This document shows, one piece after another, positions 18,659 through 27,573 of a DNA stretch of 64,000 nt. The stretch is from Candidatus Parcubacteria bacterium (GTDB taxonomy: Bacteria > Patescibacteriota > Minisyncoccia > Phycocordibacterales > UBA918). Position 1 is the stretch's first letter; every line of letters starts with the position of its first letter. The notes beneath the pieces are model-generated. The model was not told the DNA's origin. It ran no database searches and saw only the letters and a program-made list of their open reading frames with translations. A program made the position numbers and the translations under genes. The stretch lies in assembly GCA_021731405.1 (NCBI GenBank), contig JAKFXN010000001.1:29857-93856 (forward strand). The letters run 5' to 3'.

Positions 18659-19375
18659 CTAAAATTGATTGACGAAGCGGAGATCGCCGTTATACATCAG
18701 ACGAATATCGTCAATTCCATACTTCAGCACCGCGAGTCTATCCATTCCCATACCAAAGGCAAAGCCTTGGTATTTTTCCGGATCGATACCGGAAGCACGC
18801 AGTACGTTTGGGTGCACCATCCCAGCTCCCATGATTTCAATCCAGCGACCAGAGAGCTTGTTGTCAGGAGTTGGCGCAATCATCATATCAACCTCAACTC
18901 CTGGCTCCACAAACGGAAAGAAGCTGGGTCTGAAACGCACCTGTACTTCCCCACCAAAAAACCGTGAGAAGAAATATTCAAGTACTCCCTTCATATGACC
19001 AAGTGACACATCCTCGTCAATCATTAAACCTTCAATTTGGAAGAACTGAGCTTCATGAGTAGCGTCTGTCGCTTCGTTTCGAAACACCTTCCCCGGACAA
19101 ATCATCTTGATGGGCGGTGTATGACTTTGCATATGCCGAACTTGTACTGGTGAAGTGTGCGTGCGCATTACCACGTCCCCCGTACCTGCTAGATAAAAAG
19201 TATCTTGCATGTCGCGCGAAGGATGATCTTTAGGCACATTAAGTGCATCAAAGTTAAAGGCTACCAGCTCACGTTCTGGTCCTTCGGCAAAGGTAAAACC
19301 AATCTCAGCAAAGATACTGTTTATCTCAGCGATTACCTGCGAGAGTGGGTGCTTATGTCCTACTGGTGTGTTCAT
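18659..19375 (-). CDS. pheS: Phenylalanine--tRNA ligase alpha subunit (catalytic core only)
   Basis: Class II motifs HPSRDMQDTFY, FRNEATDATHEAQFFQIEG and GFAFGMGMDRLAVLKYGIDDIR. Confidence 0.9.
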   Translation of the reverse strand: MNTPVGHKHPLSQVIAEINSIFAEIGFTFAEGPERELVAFNFDALNVPKDHPSRDMQDTFYLAGTGDVVMRTHTSPVQVRHMQSHTPPIKMICPGKVFRNEATDATHEAQFFQIEGLMIDEDVSLGHMKGVLEYFFSRFFGGEVQVRFRPSFFPFVEPGVEVDMMIAPTPDNKLSGRWIEIMGAGMVHPNVLRASGIDPEKYQGFAFGMGMDRLAVLKYGIDDIRLMYNGDLRFVNQF

Positions 19376-19395
19376 ACAAAAATCCTACCACGTGT

Positions 19396-20526
19396 TTATA
19401 AAACTGGTAGTGCGGTTATGATTTCTAATAACGAAGTGCCTTGCTCTACAAAAATAGAACCTCCGTACACAAGCATTGTAATATCTGTTCCTGGATATAA
19501 AAGCTGGGCGTTTTGCCAAGCACGATCATCAATCTCAACAACGTAGATACCCCTTTCAAGGTGCATCAAAACTAAATCTTCACTATTTGGGAAAAAGGTA
19601 AAATCAATCACAGATTGACCGAGTGCATCCATTTCAATGCTGGTTCGACACTCACGGGTATTGTTAGAAAGTTCGTTTAGGGTATTCTCAAAAAACATCT
19701 CTCCTTCCTCTACAAGCAGTGTCTCCTCTAGGTCAAGCGCTGCTTCAATTTCTACCTGACTCGTACAGAAGTAATGCGGTATCTGGCGACCTACACCAAG
19801 CGCTCCAGCATACACTTTGTCGCCCGACTTATAGAGTGCCACGTTATTACTAATCACCGTGGTAGTAGCGAGCACTTCTTCTTTGGTCGGTGTACTCGTA
19901 GAAAATGAAAAGGCTTCTTCAGGAGCTCCCTTTAGCATTTTTGTGGTAGATGCTTTTTCTAAAAACAAATCCTTAAGAAGCGTATATTCAGAACTCACTC
20001 TATAGGTGCTCGTTGCTACTGATGTTGTGGCTAGGTACGGAATAGTGCTTGAAGCAGAAAGTAAAAGTGCCGGTGTTGATGTGCCGCCAGTAAATACCGC
20101 TTCCCCTTCAATGGTCTCATACGGAGTAATTGGACGCACTTGTGGTACAAGCGGCATATTAAAAGATTCAGCCTCGGTTACGATATGTGGATACACAGTA
20201 AGATTTTTTACCCACGTATGAAGACCCGGTGATTGCACGTGCACGCGGTGCATATTTGGAACGAGCCCTTGAATGTATGAGGCATTTCTAAATACCCGAG
20301 CATTAGTAACTTCAACCTCATTCACAAAAATAGTGCTGTCTGGTGCCTCCGCCGCAATATAAAGTCCACCTGTAGCAGTGATAGATGGCGCACCTGAGAA
20401 GAAGTCGTAGCGATAGCCCGTAGCGTAAAACATGAAGGCTGGCAGACTAAAAAGAAATGCCAAAAGGAGCAGGGTGAAGATAATTTTGCGGTGCCAATAG
20501 GCGAGCGGTTTGACTTGAGGTTTCAT
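19396..20526 (-). CDS. Membrane-anchored extracytoplasmic protein of unknown function (possible partner of the adjacent glycosyltransferase)
   Basis: 376 aa with a single N-terminal TM (IIFTLLLLAFLFSLPAFMFY). No recognisable motif. Confidence 0.5.
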   Translation of the reverse strand: MKPQVKPLAYWHRKIIFTLLLLAFLFSLPAFMFYATGYRYDFFSGAPSITATGGLYIAAEAPDSTIFVNEVEVTNARVFRNASYIQGLVPNMHRVHVQSPGLHTWVKNLTVYPHIVTEAESFNMPLVPQVRPITPYETIEGEAVFTGGTSTPALLLSASSTIPYLATTSVATSTYRVSSEYTLLKDLFLEKASTTKMLKGAPEEAFSFSTSTPTKEEVLATTTVISNNVALYKSGDKVYAGALGVGRQIPHYFCTSQVEIEAALDLEETLLVEEGEMFFENTLNELSNNTRECRTSIEMDALGQSVIDFTFFPNSEDLVLMHLERGIYVVEIDDRAWQNAQLLYPGTDITMLVYGGSIFVEQGTSLLEIITALPVL

Positions 20527-20543
20527 AAAAATAGCCTACCACA

Positions 20544-22100
20544 TTAGCGAGTCTTTGGGGTTACCCAGAAGCCCATGTACTTACCGAACATCAGTCGTGT
20601 CTGAGCATCAAGGCCTGGAATAGCACTAAATACAATCATTGTTGCTGGAACCATAATCCACTGGAGTGCCATCACTAAGTATCTAAACCGACTCGCGGTA
20701 TGAGGTCGAGGTGGAATAAGCGAAAGTGAAATGACAGAAGAGATAACGAGTCCAAACATCGCAAGGATAAGGAGGTCGCGAACCACAATTGGCAGATTGT
20801 ACGAAAGTACCGTCTGGTGAAATTCTTGTCCTCCCAAAAAAATTGGTGCCCAACCGAGAATAAAAAGCATGATTGGGTTTGTAACGAGAGACCAATACCC
20901 TTCGGCTTGCTGAAGCGCTACGTTAACTCGTTGCCTGAGGGGAATATTTTTGTTTTGGGTGAAGTGATACAAGATGTAACAAAGATTTTCTACCCCATAT
21001 GTCCAACGTCGGTGTTGCTTATAGATTTGACCAATCGTCTGCCAGAGATGTGGGGCAGCATTGGCGTCCATTGAAACTGGGTACGAGAGTGGGATGACAC
21101 TGTACTTACCATCGTTCGCAACCAGGAGGTTCCAAAAAATACGCGAATCCTCACTCACCATGTTGCTTTGCCAATACCCTACTTCGTAGAGCGCTTGAAA
21201 GCTCACTGAGTGTGAAGAAAATGTCGCCATTCGTTCTGGACGCTCTTGTTGCACCATTTCCCAAAATGTACTGCTCATCGCTACCACGCGCGAAATAGCC
21301 GGAGCCTCCCAGATGTTGTTATTAAAAATAGGGACTGGCTGGAAAGAACTTTTAAGTGGGTTTTCAGCTGTCATGAAGTGCCAGACCAAGCAGTTGAAAT
21401 AGTCTGGATAGAGTACGGTATCAATATCAAAAATAGACACAATGGTGTCTGTGTATGAAAGTTGATTTTTATCGAGCACCTCCTTTCGGACTTGTTCAGC
21501 TGCGTACGAAGCATTTGATCCTTTCCCAGCCATTTCTCCTGGAACATTAGCTGGGTGGACAGTCAAAAGAAAATGCCCAAAACGAGAACCGTATTTTGCC
21601 TGCATTTCTGCTCCAATTTCATGAGCATGATTTTCCGCCCTCGCTTCCCCAGCGAGCACAATAATAATCTTCTTAGGATCATACTTCACTTGAGACAGCG
21701 CTTTGAGACTCGCTTCAATGACCGCTACTGGTTCTTTATAAAACGGAAGGATAACTACGTGGTGTAAATGTCCATATGAAAAACGTGCCACCATGTCTGA
21801 CCAATCAAGAGACATGTGATGGCGTAGACGTCGCCAGTTATAACGTAAGTGGTATGAGAGAAAAGCAGTCTTCAAAACCCAATACAAAGCAAACGCAATA
21901 ACGAAGTAAGCGGCAATAAACGGCGCGTAGACAGAAAGGAGGACTACTCCAATAAGTGTTGACCACGAAGCAAGGCCAGGGAGGACTTCAAGCACTCTAT
22001 AAAAAAAGCGCCGTTTCCCTTCTAGATTGGTTGCTCGGCCCACATGAAAGTCACTTCTACGGGCATATGGCAACAAATGATTTTGCTCTGGAGCGCTCAT
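20544..22100 (-). CDS. Processive family-2 glycosyltransferase (cellulose/chitin/hyaluronan-synthase-like, membrane-embedded)
   Basis: Multiple TM helices, DIDTV (DxD), SED and the QHRRW (QxxRW) motif typical of processive GT2 synthases. The start was set at the internal ATG (22100); the upstream part of the track ORF has a TTG start. Confidence 0.78.
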   Translation of the reverse strand: MSAPEQNHLLPYARRSDFHVGRATNLEGKRRFFYRVLEVLPGLASWSTLIGVVLLSVYAPFIAAYFVIAFALYWVLKTAFLSYHLRYNWRRLRHHMSLDWSDMVARFSYGHLHHVVILPFYKEPVAVIEASLKALSQVKYDPKKIIIVLAGEARAENHAHEIGAEMQAKYGSRFGHFLLTVHPANVPGEMAGKGSNASYAAEQVRKEVLDKNQLSYTDTIVSIFDIDTVLYPDYFNCLVWHFMTAENPLKSSFQPVPIFNNNIWEAPAISRVVAMSSTFWEMVQQERPERMATFSSHSVSFQALYEVGYWQSNMVSEDSRIFWNLLVANDGKYSVIPLSYPVSMDANAAPHLWQTIGQIYKQHRRWTYGVENLCYILYHFTQNKNIPLRQRVNVALQQAEGYWSLVTNPIMLFILGWAPIFLGGQEFHQTVLSYNLPIVVRDLLILAMFGLVISSVISLSLIPPRPHTASRFRYLVMALQWIMVPATMIVFSAIPGLDAQTRLMFGKYMGFWVTPKTR

Positions 22101-22193
22101 AACAGAACACTGAGTATATACCAAAAAGGGGTTTAAATAAAGGGCTGGAAATGGAGTTTGCAAAGGGCCACCCTAGGGAAATAGTGAGCTTTC

Positions 22194-22329
22194 GCCATCT
22201 GTATTATCTGCGACACAACCCATGGACATCTGTATGCAAAGCATACAGCATGGCCTCACTCGGGTATAGAAAAAGGCCAAGCCGAAATTAAAGCCATCTG
22301 TATCTTCGATACAGCATGGCCTCACTCGG
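22194..22329. repeat. Tandem hairpin repeat units, each beginning (G)CCATCTGTAT and ending CATGGCCTCACTCGG; the hairpin arms mimic the T-arm/acceptor 3' end of the nearby tRNA-Thr
   Basis: Two units share the hairpin CTGTAT(G)C...G(C)ATACAG plus CATGGCCTCACTCGG (22221-22263 and 22293-22329). On the minus strand the motif reads ACAGATGGC, the acceptor 3' strand. Confidence 0.6.
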
Positions 22330-22369
22330 TAATAAGTACGCTAAGGCCACAGCCTTAGCTAGATTAAAG

Positions 22370-22412
22370 AAAAAAGCCCAAAAGAAAGCTAGCTTTCTTT
22401 TGGGCTTTTTTC
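22370..22412. terminator. Bidirectional intrinsic terminator (AAAAAAGCCCAAAAGAAAGCTAGCTTTCTTTTGGGCTTTTTTC)
   Basis: Perfect 17-bp palindrome with an A-run and a T-run. Confidence 0.8.
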
Positions 22413-22458
22413 TTTAATCTTCTCTCGCTATCGCTCGCGACTTACTACCCTCGTGTCG

Positions 22459-22576
22459 GAGCCATCTGTCAGATTTGAACTGAGTATCCAATGAGCGAAC
22501 GAGATATAAAATTCATTTTATATCTCTGAGCGAAGCAGGATACACGGCGTAGCGTACGACCCACGGTTTACAAAAC
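22459..22576 (-). pseudogene. Partial tRNA-Thr copy: anticodon-loop-to-3'-end segment interrupted by a ~72-nt structured insertion, with no 5' half
   Basis: Minus-strand read: GTTTTGTAAACCGTGGGTCGT [72-nt insert with two hairpins] TCAGTTCAAATCTGACAGATGGCTC. Outside the insert it is identical to the intact tRNA 200 bp away. Confidence 0.6.
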
Positions 22577-22634
22577 TTTTAAACAGTCCCCCAGACTGTT
22601 TAAACTCTCCCACCTGAGCATCTCCTTCCATATA

Positions 22635-22666
22635 AAAACCAGGTGGTATCACCACCTGGTTTTTTC
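22635..22666. terminator. Intrinsic terminator hairpin (AAAAACCAGGTGGTATCACCACCTGGTTTTTT) immediately 3' of tRNA-Thr
   Basis: 11-bp palindrome flanked by an A-run and a T-run. Confidence 0.75.
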
Positions 22667-22668
22667 TG

Positions 22669-22741
22669 AGCCATCTGTCAGATTTGAACTGACGACCCAC
22701 GGTTTACAAAACCGTTGCTCTACCAACTGAGCTAAGATGGC
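22669..22741 (-). tRNA. tRNA-Thr (anticodon UGU), 73 nt, CCA not encoded, discriminator U
   Basis: Folded by hand into a full cloverleaf: acceptor GCCATCT/AGATGGC, D arm GCTC-AGTTGGTA-GAGC, anticodon arm ACGGT-TTTGTAA-ACCGT, variable loop GGGTC and T arm GTCAG-TTCAAAT-CTGAC. Confidence 0.92.
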
Positions 22742-22811
22742 AATACTTCCCTCCTTCTACGTTTTCACGTGCCTGCTATTATGCCCGTTTTGAAAAAATT
22801 CGCAACTCTTC

Positions 22812-23258
22812 TTATCCGCGCTCCAACTTCTTTTGGAGAAGCTTCTTTTTTTGAGTTTCGGTAAGGGCGGTAGATGCTTTGTGTTCTGCCACCTGCTCAA
22901 AATGTCCTTGGTTTTGTTTAATTGAACGCTTCTCAACCTTTAGTGTCCGTGCCCGATCTCGGTTACGCATAAAAATGGCTTCAAGGTAATCGTACGCCTT
23001 CACGAGCCCAGTAAGTAACACCTTGAGCACCTTATGGATTCCATAGTACCAAGACAACTTGATAATATGTCTTCCTAGATACAGAAGCTTAGAAGAAACT
23101 GCATTGGTAACAGAGACTACAATTCTATCAAACCAAGCTCTCCCTTTAGCAAGAAAGACTCGGCTGCCCTTACGCTCTTCGTAACGCACAAAAAGTGCGT
23201 ACGTCAGAAACAACACCAAACTCAGTACAAACAATTGTCCGACACTGAGCATAGACAT
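22812..23258 (-). CDS. Hypothetical membrane protein (N-terminal TM plus a basic coiled-coil tail) downstream of tsf
   Basis: 148 aa: TM LFVLSLVLFLTYALFV, then a K/R-rich helical region. Confidence 0.5.
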   Translation of the reverse strand: MSMLSVGQLFVLSLVLFLTYALFVRYEERKGSRVFLAKGRAWFDRIVVSVTNAVSSKLLYLGRHIIKLSWYYGIHKVLKVLLTGLVKAYDYLEAIFMRNRDRARTLKVEKRSIKQNQGHFEQVAEHKASTALTETQKKKLLQKKLERG

Positions 23259-23843
23259 CTATTTTACTGACAGTCGTGAAATTTGAGCGATTGATACGTT
23301 CTCACCAAACTTCTGTACTGCACCTGAAATCATTTCCCCAATAGTAGTATCTGGGTTTTTGATAAATGGTTGCTCCATAAGGATTTGCTCTTTGAAATAT
23401 GAAGCCATCTTTCCTTCAAGAATCTTTGCCCGCATTTCAGCTGGCTTGTCGCCAAGCTCAGTGGTAAATACTTCTTCAGCTTTCTTGAGTGTCTCAGCTG
23501 GTACCTGATCTTTTGAAACGAAAGTTGGGTTGGTAGCCGCTACTTGCATAGCCACTTCGCGCGCCAAAGCTACGAACTCTTGGTTCTTAGATACAAAGTC
23601 AGTCTCACACGCGAGAAGCGCAAAAGCTGCCACCTCGTTGGTGTTGTGTACGTACGCACCAATCGCGCCAGCACCAAGCTCACGATCTGACTTTTTGTCA
23701 GCCGCTTCACTACGCTTCTTCTTAAGAATAATGACTGCCTTCTCCATATCACCCTCTGCTTCTTCAAGGGCACGCTTACATTGCATGACTGAGATACCAG
23801 TCTTGTCACGAAGTTCCTTTAATTGAGCTGAGGTAATTTCCAT
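23259..23843 (-). CDS. tsf: Elongation factor Ts
   Basis: N-terminal UBA-like EF-Ts signature (LKELRDKTGISVMQCKRALEEAEGDMEKA) and a dimerisation core. Confidence 0.9.
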   Translation of the reverse strand: MEITSAQLKELRDKTGISVMQCKRALEEAEGDMEKAVIILKKKRSEAADKKSDRELGAGAIGAYVHNTNEVAAFALLACETDFVSKNQEFVALAREVAMQVAATNPTFVSKDQVPAETLKKAEEVFTTELGDKPAEMRAKILEGKMASYFKEQILMEQPFIKNPDTTIGEMISGAVQKFGENVSIAQISRLSVK

Positions 23844-23920
23844 AGTTTTGATATTAGATTTATTATAGACAGAACAACTTCTTACTCTGACGAACAGGTG
23901 TTCATCAGAAAATACTATAC

Positions 23921-24694
23921 TTATTGTGGTCGAGCTACAGGAGCAGTTGTCCGTGGACGAACTTCTGTTCGTGGTGCTACTGTCTTTGGTACAAAGGCAG
24001 CCTTCCCTTCTGCAATAGCAGATGTGAGTTCTTCAAGCACCAACTTAACACTTCCTTGTAGAGCATCGTTTACAAGCACTGGGTACGTTACAGAAGCAAC
24101 GTTACAGTCAGAGCTCATAATACCGATTACTGGCACACCCATGTGCTGTGCCTCCTTGATTGCAATTGCATCATGACGTGGGTCAACAACCACCATGAAG
24201 TCTGGAGTCTTAGTAACTTTACTGATACCGAAGAAATTGTAGTTAAGCTTTGTGAGGTCACGAGAAAGGAGGAGGCGTTCCTTCTTTGTGTACTTTCGCT
24301 CGAGCTCTCCTGATTCTTGTTCACGAACCAACTCTTCCATGCGATTAATACGCTTCTTGATTTCTGGAAGGTTTGTAATCATTCCTCCAATCCAACGATT
24401 AACTACGTATGGCATTTCAACCTTGAGGGCAGCAGCTTTTACACTGTCTACCACTTCCGTCTTTGTTCCTACAAAGAGAATGGTCTTGCCATTCATTGCA
24501 GCTTCTTTCAAAACTGTCTTTGCGTCGTTAATAAGTTCAGTGGTTTGTTCTAGGTTGAAAATATCATTACCCTCTTTTGTTCCAAAAAGAAACGGGGTAA
24601 CGCTTGGATGACGACGACTCTTTTTGAAGCCGAAGTGTGCACCTACGCCAAAAAGACGTTCGATGAGTGATTGGTTGTTAGTTTGTGTTGACAT
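23921..24694 (-). CDS. rpsB: 30S ribosomal protein S2
   Basis: LFGVGAHFGFKKSRRHPSVTPFLFGTKEGNDIFNLEQT... is the typical S2. The start was set at the internal ATG (24694) to avoid overlapping prfA. Confidence 0.92.
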   Translation of the reverse strand: MSTQTNNQSLIERLFGVGAHFGFKKSRRHPSVTPFLFGTKEGNDIFNLEQTTELINDAKTVLKEAAMNGKTILFVGTKTEVVDSVKAAALKVEMPYVVNRWIGGMITNLPEIKKRINRMEELVREQESGELERKYTKKERLLLSRDLTKLNYNFFGISKVTKTPDFMVVVDPRHDAIAIKEAQHMGVPVIGIMSSDCNVASVTYPVLVNDALQGSVKLVLEELTSAIAEGKAAFVPKTVAPRTEVRPRTTAPVARPQ

Positions 24695-24758
24695 AATTAA
24701 TACTAAGCAAAAAAGCGCACTGCGCTTAAGCCTCGAGAGCTTATCATATATGAAAAAC

Positions 24759-25742
24759 CTACGCAACTGCCTCGTCGCTGCCGGTCGCTACATTTTTAAG
24801 AGCGTCAATTACTGGCTCGAGCTGTCCTCCCATGATTCCCTCTATATTATGCCAAGAGACCTTAATGCGGTGATCAGTAATACGGTTTTGTGGAAAGTTG
24901 TACGTCCGAATCTTTTCTGAGCGATCACCAGTACCAATCTGGTTTTTTCGTACTGAAGCGTGTTTTTTGGCTTCCTCTTCGTCGTGTGCAGCCTCAAGCT
25001 TAGCCACCAAGATACTCATTGCTTTTTCACGGTTTTTGAGTTGAGAACGCTCTGTCTGACTACGGACTTCAATTCCCGTTGGTTTATGGACCAAACGCAC
25101 AGCTGTTTCTACTTTGTTTACGTTTTGACCACCAGCTCCTCCCGAACGTGAAAACTCCATTTCGATATCAGAGAGACTGATCTCAATAGTTGGTTTCTTG
25201 CGGAGCGGCAAGATAGCCACAGAAGCAGTTGAGGTATGGATACGGCCAGCCTTTTCTGTTACTGGGATGCGCTGTACGCGGTGCACACCTGTTTCGTAGC
25301 GTAAGTCGTCATATACTTTTGAGCTCAAAATCTCAAACACCGCTTCTTTATATCCACCCGAAGCGCTACGTGACTCACTTTCAGTGGCATATTGCCACCC
25401 CATGACAGTAGCGTACTGAAGATACATCTGCGCTAACTCCTCAGCAAAAAGTGCAGCTTCATCTCCACCTGCTCCGGCTCGCACTTCAAGTACCACTCCG
25501 TATGGCTTTTCATCATCCACCTTAGCGAGTGTTAAGATGCGCTGCATTTCCTCATAGAGCGCTGATTGCTGAGCAGTGAGAGTCGCCACTTCTTCCGCTG
25601 CCATATCAGCCATTTCTGGATCCTCAGTAGCCATCTCTTCTGCCGCTATAATTTTTTTGGTGAAGTCATCAAACTGCCCCGCCAAAAATTGCGTTTTATG
25701 ATTATCTCTAAAAGATTGTAGTTCTTCTTCGTTGTATTCCAT
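24759..25742 (-). CDS. prfA: Peptide chain release factor 1
   Basis: GGQ motif ([11 protein letters not shown]). The anticodon-mimic region [18 protein letters not shown] (PxT type) identifies RF1 rather than RF2 (SPF). Confidence 0.85.
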   Translation of the reverse strand: MEYNEEELQSFRDNHKTQFLAGQFDDFTKKIIAAEEMATEDPEMADMAAEEVATLTAQQSALYEEMQRILTLAKVDDEKPYGVVLEVRAGAGGDEAALFAEELAQMYLQYATVMGWQYATESESRSASGGYKEAVFEILSSKVYDDLRYETGVHRVQRIPVTEKAGRIHTSTASVAILPLRKKPTIEISLSDIEMEFSRSGGAGGQNVNKVETAVRLVHKPTGIEVRSQTERSQLKNREKAMSILVAKLEAAHDEEEAKKHASVRKNQIGTGDRSEKIRTYNFPQNRITDHRIKVSWHNIEGIMGGQLEPVIDALKNVATGSDEAVA

Positions 25743-25772
25743 AAATATTAAATATAGTGTAGCGCAGAAACG

Positions 25773-25812
25773 AAAAGACCGCCTTCACCCAAAGGGTGAA
25801 GGCGGTCTTTTG
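25773..25812 (-). terminator. Intrinsic terminator downstream of rpmE (AAAAGACCGCCTTCACCC-aaa-GGGTGAAGGCGGTCTTTTGGG)
   Basis: Long GC-rich hairpin plus a T-run. Confidence 0.8.
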
Positions 25813-25814
25813 GG

Positions 25815-26084
25815 TTAACCCTTCTTCTTGCGAGCACCTGCTTGAGAAGCTCGAGCCTTGAATCGCTCTACGCGTCCGGCAGTGTCCATAACCTTCTCCT
25901 GTCCAGTATAGAAAGGATGTGAAGCACTTGATACGTCCACTGACGCAGTTGGGTACTCTACACCATCAGTCCATTTGTCGGTCGCTGTCGTTTCGATGGT
26001 TGAACCAACGAGAAAACGCTCGCCACTTGAGTTGTCCTTGAAGATTACCAGTCTATAATTTTTTGGGTGAATATCTGCTTTCAT
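25815..26084 (-). CDS. rpmE: 50S ribosomal protein L31 (non-zinc type)
   Basis: MKADIHPKNYRLVIFKDNSSGERFLVGS... is the L31 family, with no CxxC pair. Confidence 0.88.
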   Translation of the reverse strand: MKADIHPKNYRLVIFKDNSSGERFLVGSTIETTATDKWTDGVEYPTASVDVSSASHPFYTGQEKVMDTAGRVERFKARASQAGARKKKG

Positions 26085-26124
26085 ATGTGGGCAACACTAT
26101 AACAAATATCTGTATTTTCGCAAC

Positions 26125-27486
26125 CTATCCGCCAAGGACCTTAATATCTCCGTCTAGTCGCGCCTTACGATTCATCACCTGATCGCCATAAAAGGCGTTA
26201 GCGGGGTTACTAGCTCCTCCCCAACCAGCGTAGTAGCGCAAAGCTGCTCTACGGTCGTTTGCGTACGTACCGTCAGCACCGTTGTCTCGGAGCAAGAGTG
26301 CTGTAGCCAAAAAGGCATCTTGATTATTAAATGGGTTGGCTGGTAAGCCGCTACCATTAATACGACGGATAGCATCGTCCGCCTGGCTGTATGTCCAGCC
26401 GCTGCCGTTATTTATGATACCGCCATAAATGGCCCAAGTGGACGGAATAAACTGCGAAGGACCCATCGCCCCTCCCCAACCGTACCGTTCGCCGTTTGAA
26501 ACAATTGGACAAGAGACCTGCTTTGAGCGAGCATCAAAACCTAGGATAGTAGCAATCGCTACGAAGACAGGAGCGTCTCTGTCTGGATGCATTACCTCTT
26601 TCCCACCACGCATGTCGTTGTATACACAACTACCTAAGTTTGAACCGAGATTAGTCTCTTGTTCCAAGATAGCTAAGATAAGCCCTGCTTGTACTCCAGT
26701 TTGTCTTGAGGCATATTTTGCGAGCTCAACCGCAGTTGGAAAGGCAATTCCCCCGCCACCACCCAGAAGCTGGAAGAGGGCATTTCGAAGTTCAGCAGCG
26801 GTCTTTTGTTGGGATTCGAGTAGCTGTTGGTACGCGCGTTCTTCTCCTTTTGTTACTGCCAAAATTTGCTCTTTCTCACGCTCTTTTTTTTCAATTTCTT
26901 TTTTTTGAAGCTCTTGGATAGTTTTCATCTCCGCTTCTGTCTCTTGCTTGGTAGCCAATTGGTCTTTTTGAGAGATAGTGTCACTTTGAATAGCATGGAG
27001 TGTGACCAGTGATTCGTTGAGTGATTCCTTAAGCGAGTTGAAGGTAGCGACGTCAGTAAAAAATTCTGAGAAACTCTGTTTACTGAGCATTACTTCCACT
27101 AGTGAGTAGTCGGTCATGAGTGACGACTTGCGTACCAGGTCTGCTAAAGCCTCACGCTGCTTCTTAAGTTTTTCTTCCAAAATTGAGAGGACTACCTCTT
27201 TTTCTCCAATCTGATCAGAAAGCTGCATAATAGCTAGCGAGCGTGCTTGAATACCAAGTTGCGCCTGTTTGATTTCACCTTCAATGAGAGATACATCCCG
27301 TTCTAGAGATTTGCGCTCAAGTTGCTTGTCTTCAACCAGACGACTCTGAGTAAGCATTTGACGTTCGACGTTTTGGAGCTCTGTCTCAAGCCGAGTCCGC
27401 CGTTCAGCTTCTGTTTCCGCTCGTACTTCAAATACCGGTCCAAAAACCGAGAGCAAGAAAAGGGCACTGACAAAAACGTTTTTCAT
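26125..27486 (-). CDS. Secreted coiled-coil protein with a C-terminal lytic-transglycosylase (MltB/Slt-like) domain
   Basis: Signal peptide, about 230 aa of heptad-rich coiled coil, then GAMGPSQFIPSTW (MltB-type motif) and Gly/Asn-rich LT-domain features. Start set at the MKNVFV... ATG at 27486. Confidence 0.7.
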   Translation of the reverse strand: MKNVFVSALFLLSVFGPVFEVRAETEAERRTRLETELQNVERQMLTQSRLVEDKQLERKSLERDVSLIEGEIKQAQLGIQARSLAIMQLSDQIGEKEVVLSILEEKLKKQREALADLVRKSSLMTDYSLVEVMLSKQSFSEFFTDVATFNSLKESLNESLVTLHAIQSDTISQKDQLATKQETEAEMKTIQELQKKEIEKKEREKEQILAVTKGEERAYQQLLESQQKTAAELRNALFQLLGGGGGIAFPTAVELAKYASRQTGVQAGLILAILEQETNLGSNLGSCVYNDMRGGKEVMHPDRDAPVFVAIATILGFDARSKQVSCPIVSNGERYGWGGAMGPSQFIPSTWAIYGGIINNGSGWTYSQADDAIRRINGSGLPANPFNNQDAFLATALLLRDNGADGTYANDRRAALRYYAGWGGASNPANAFYGDQVMNRKARLDGDIKVLGG

Positions 27487-27573
27487 TCCAAACAGTATAC
27501 CAAATTTTTTGGGATACAAAGAGCCACCTGACAATTGTCAGGTGGCTCTTTGTATCGGCTTTCAATTTTAGAG

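Noticed and set aside
22459-22620. tmRNA (tRNA-like 3' end plus a structured insert)
   Set aside because: The acceptor stem is that of tRNA-Thr, not the GGGG...ACCA tRNA-Ala-like tmRNA end. There is no tag-peptide ORF or resume codon context, and the 5' pairing partner is absent.
22190-22745. Integrated prophage or ICE at the tRNA-Thr locus
   Set aside because: The att-like tRNA 3'-end copies lie within 500 bp, and no integrase or other element gene is present between or near them. Only scars remain.
24759-25742. Stop-codon recoding (UGA as a sense codon), because only RF1 is seen
   Set aside because: Within the window Trp is encoded by TGG, and genes terminate at TAA, TAG and TGA. The absence of prfB here means nothing for the whole genome.
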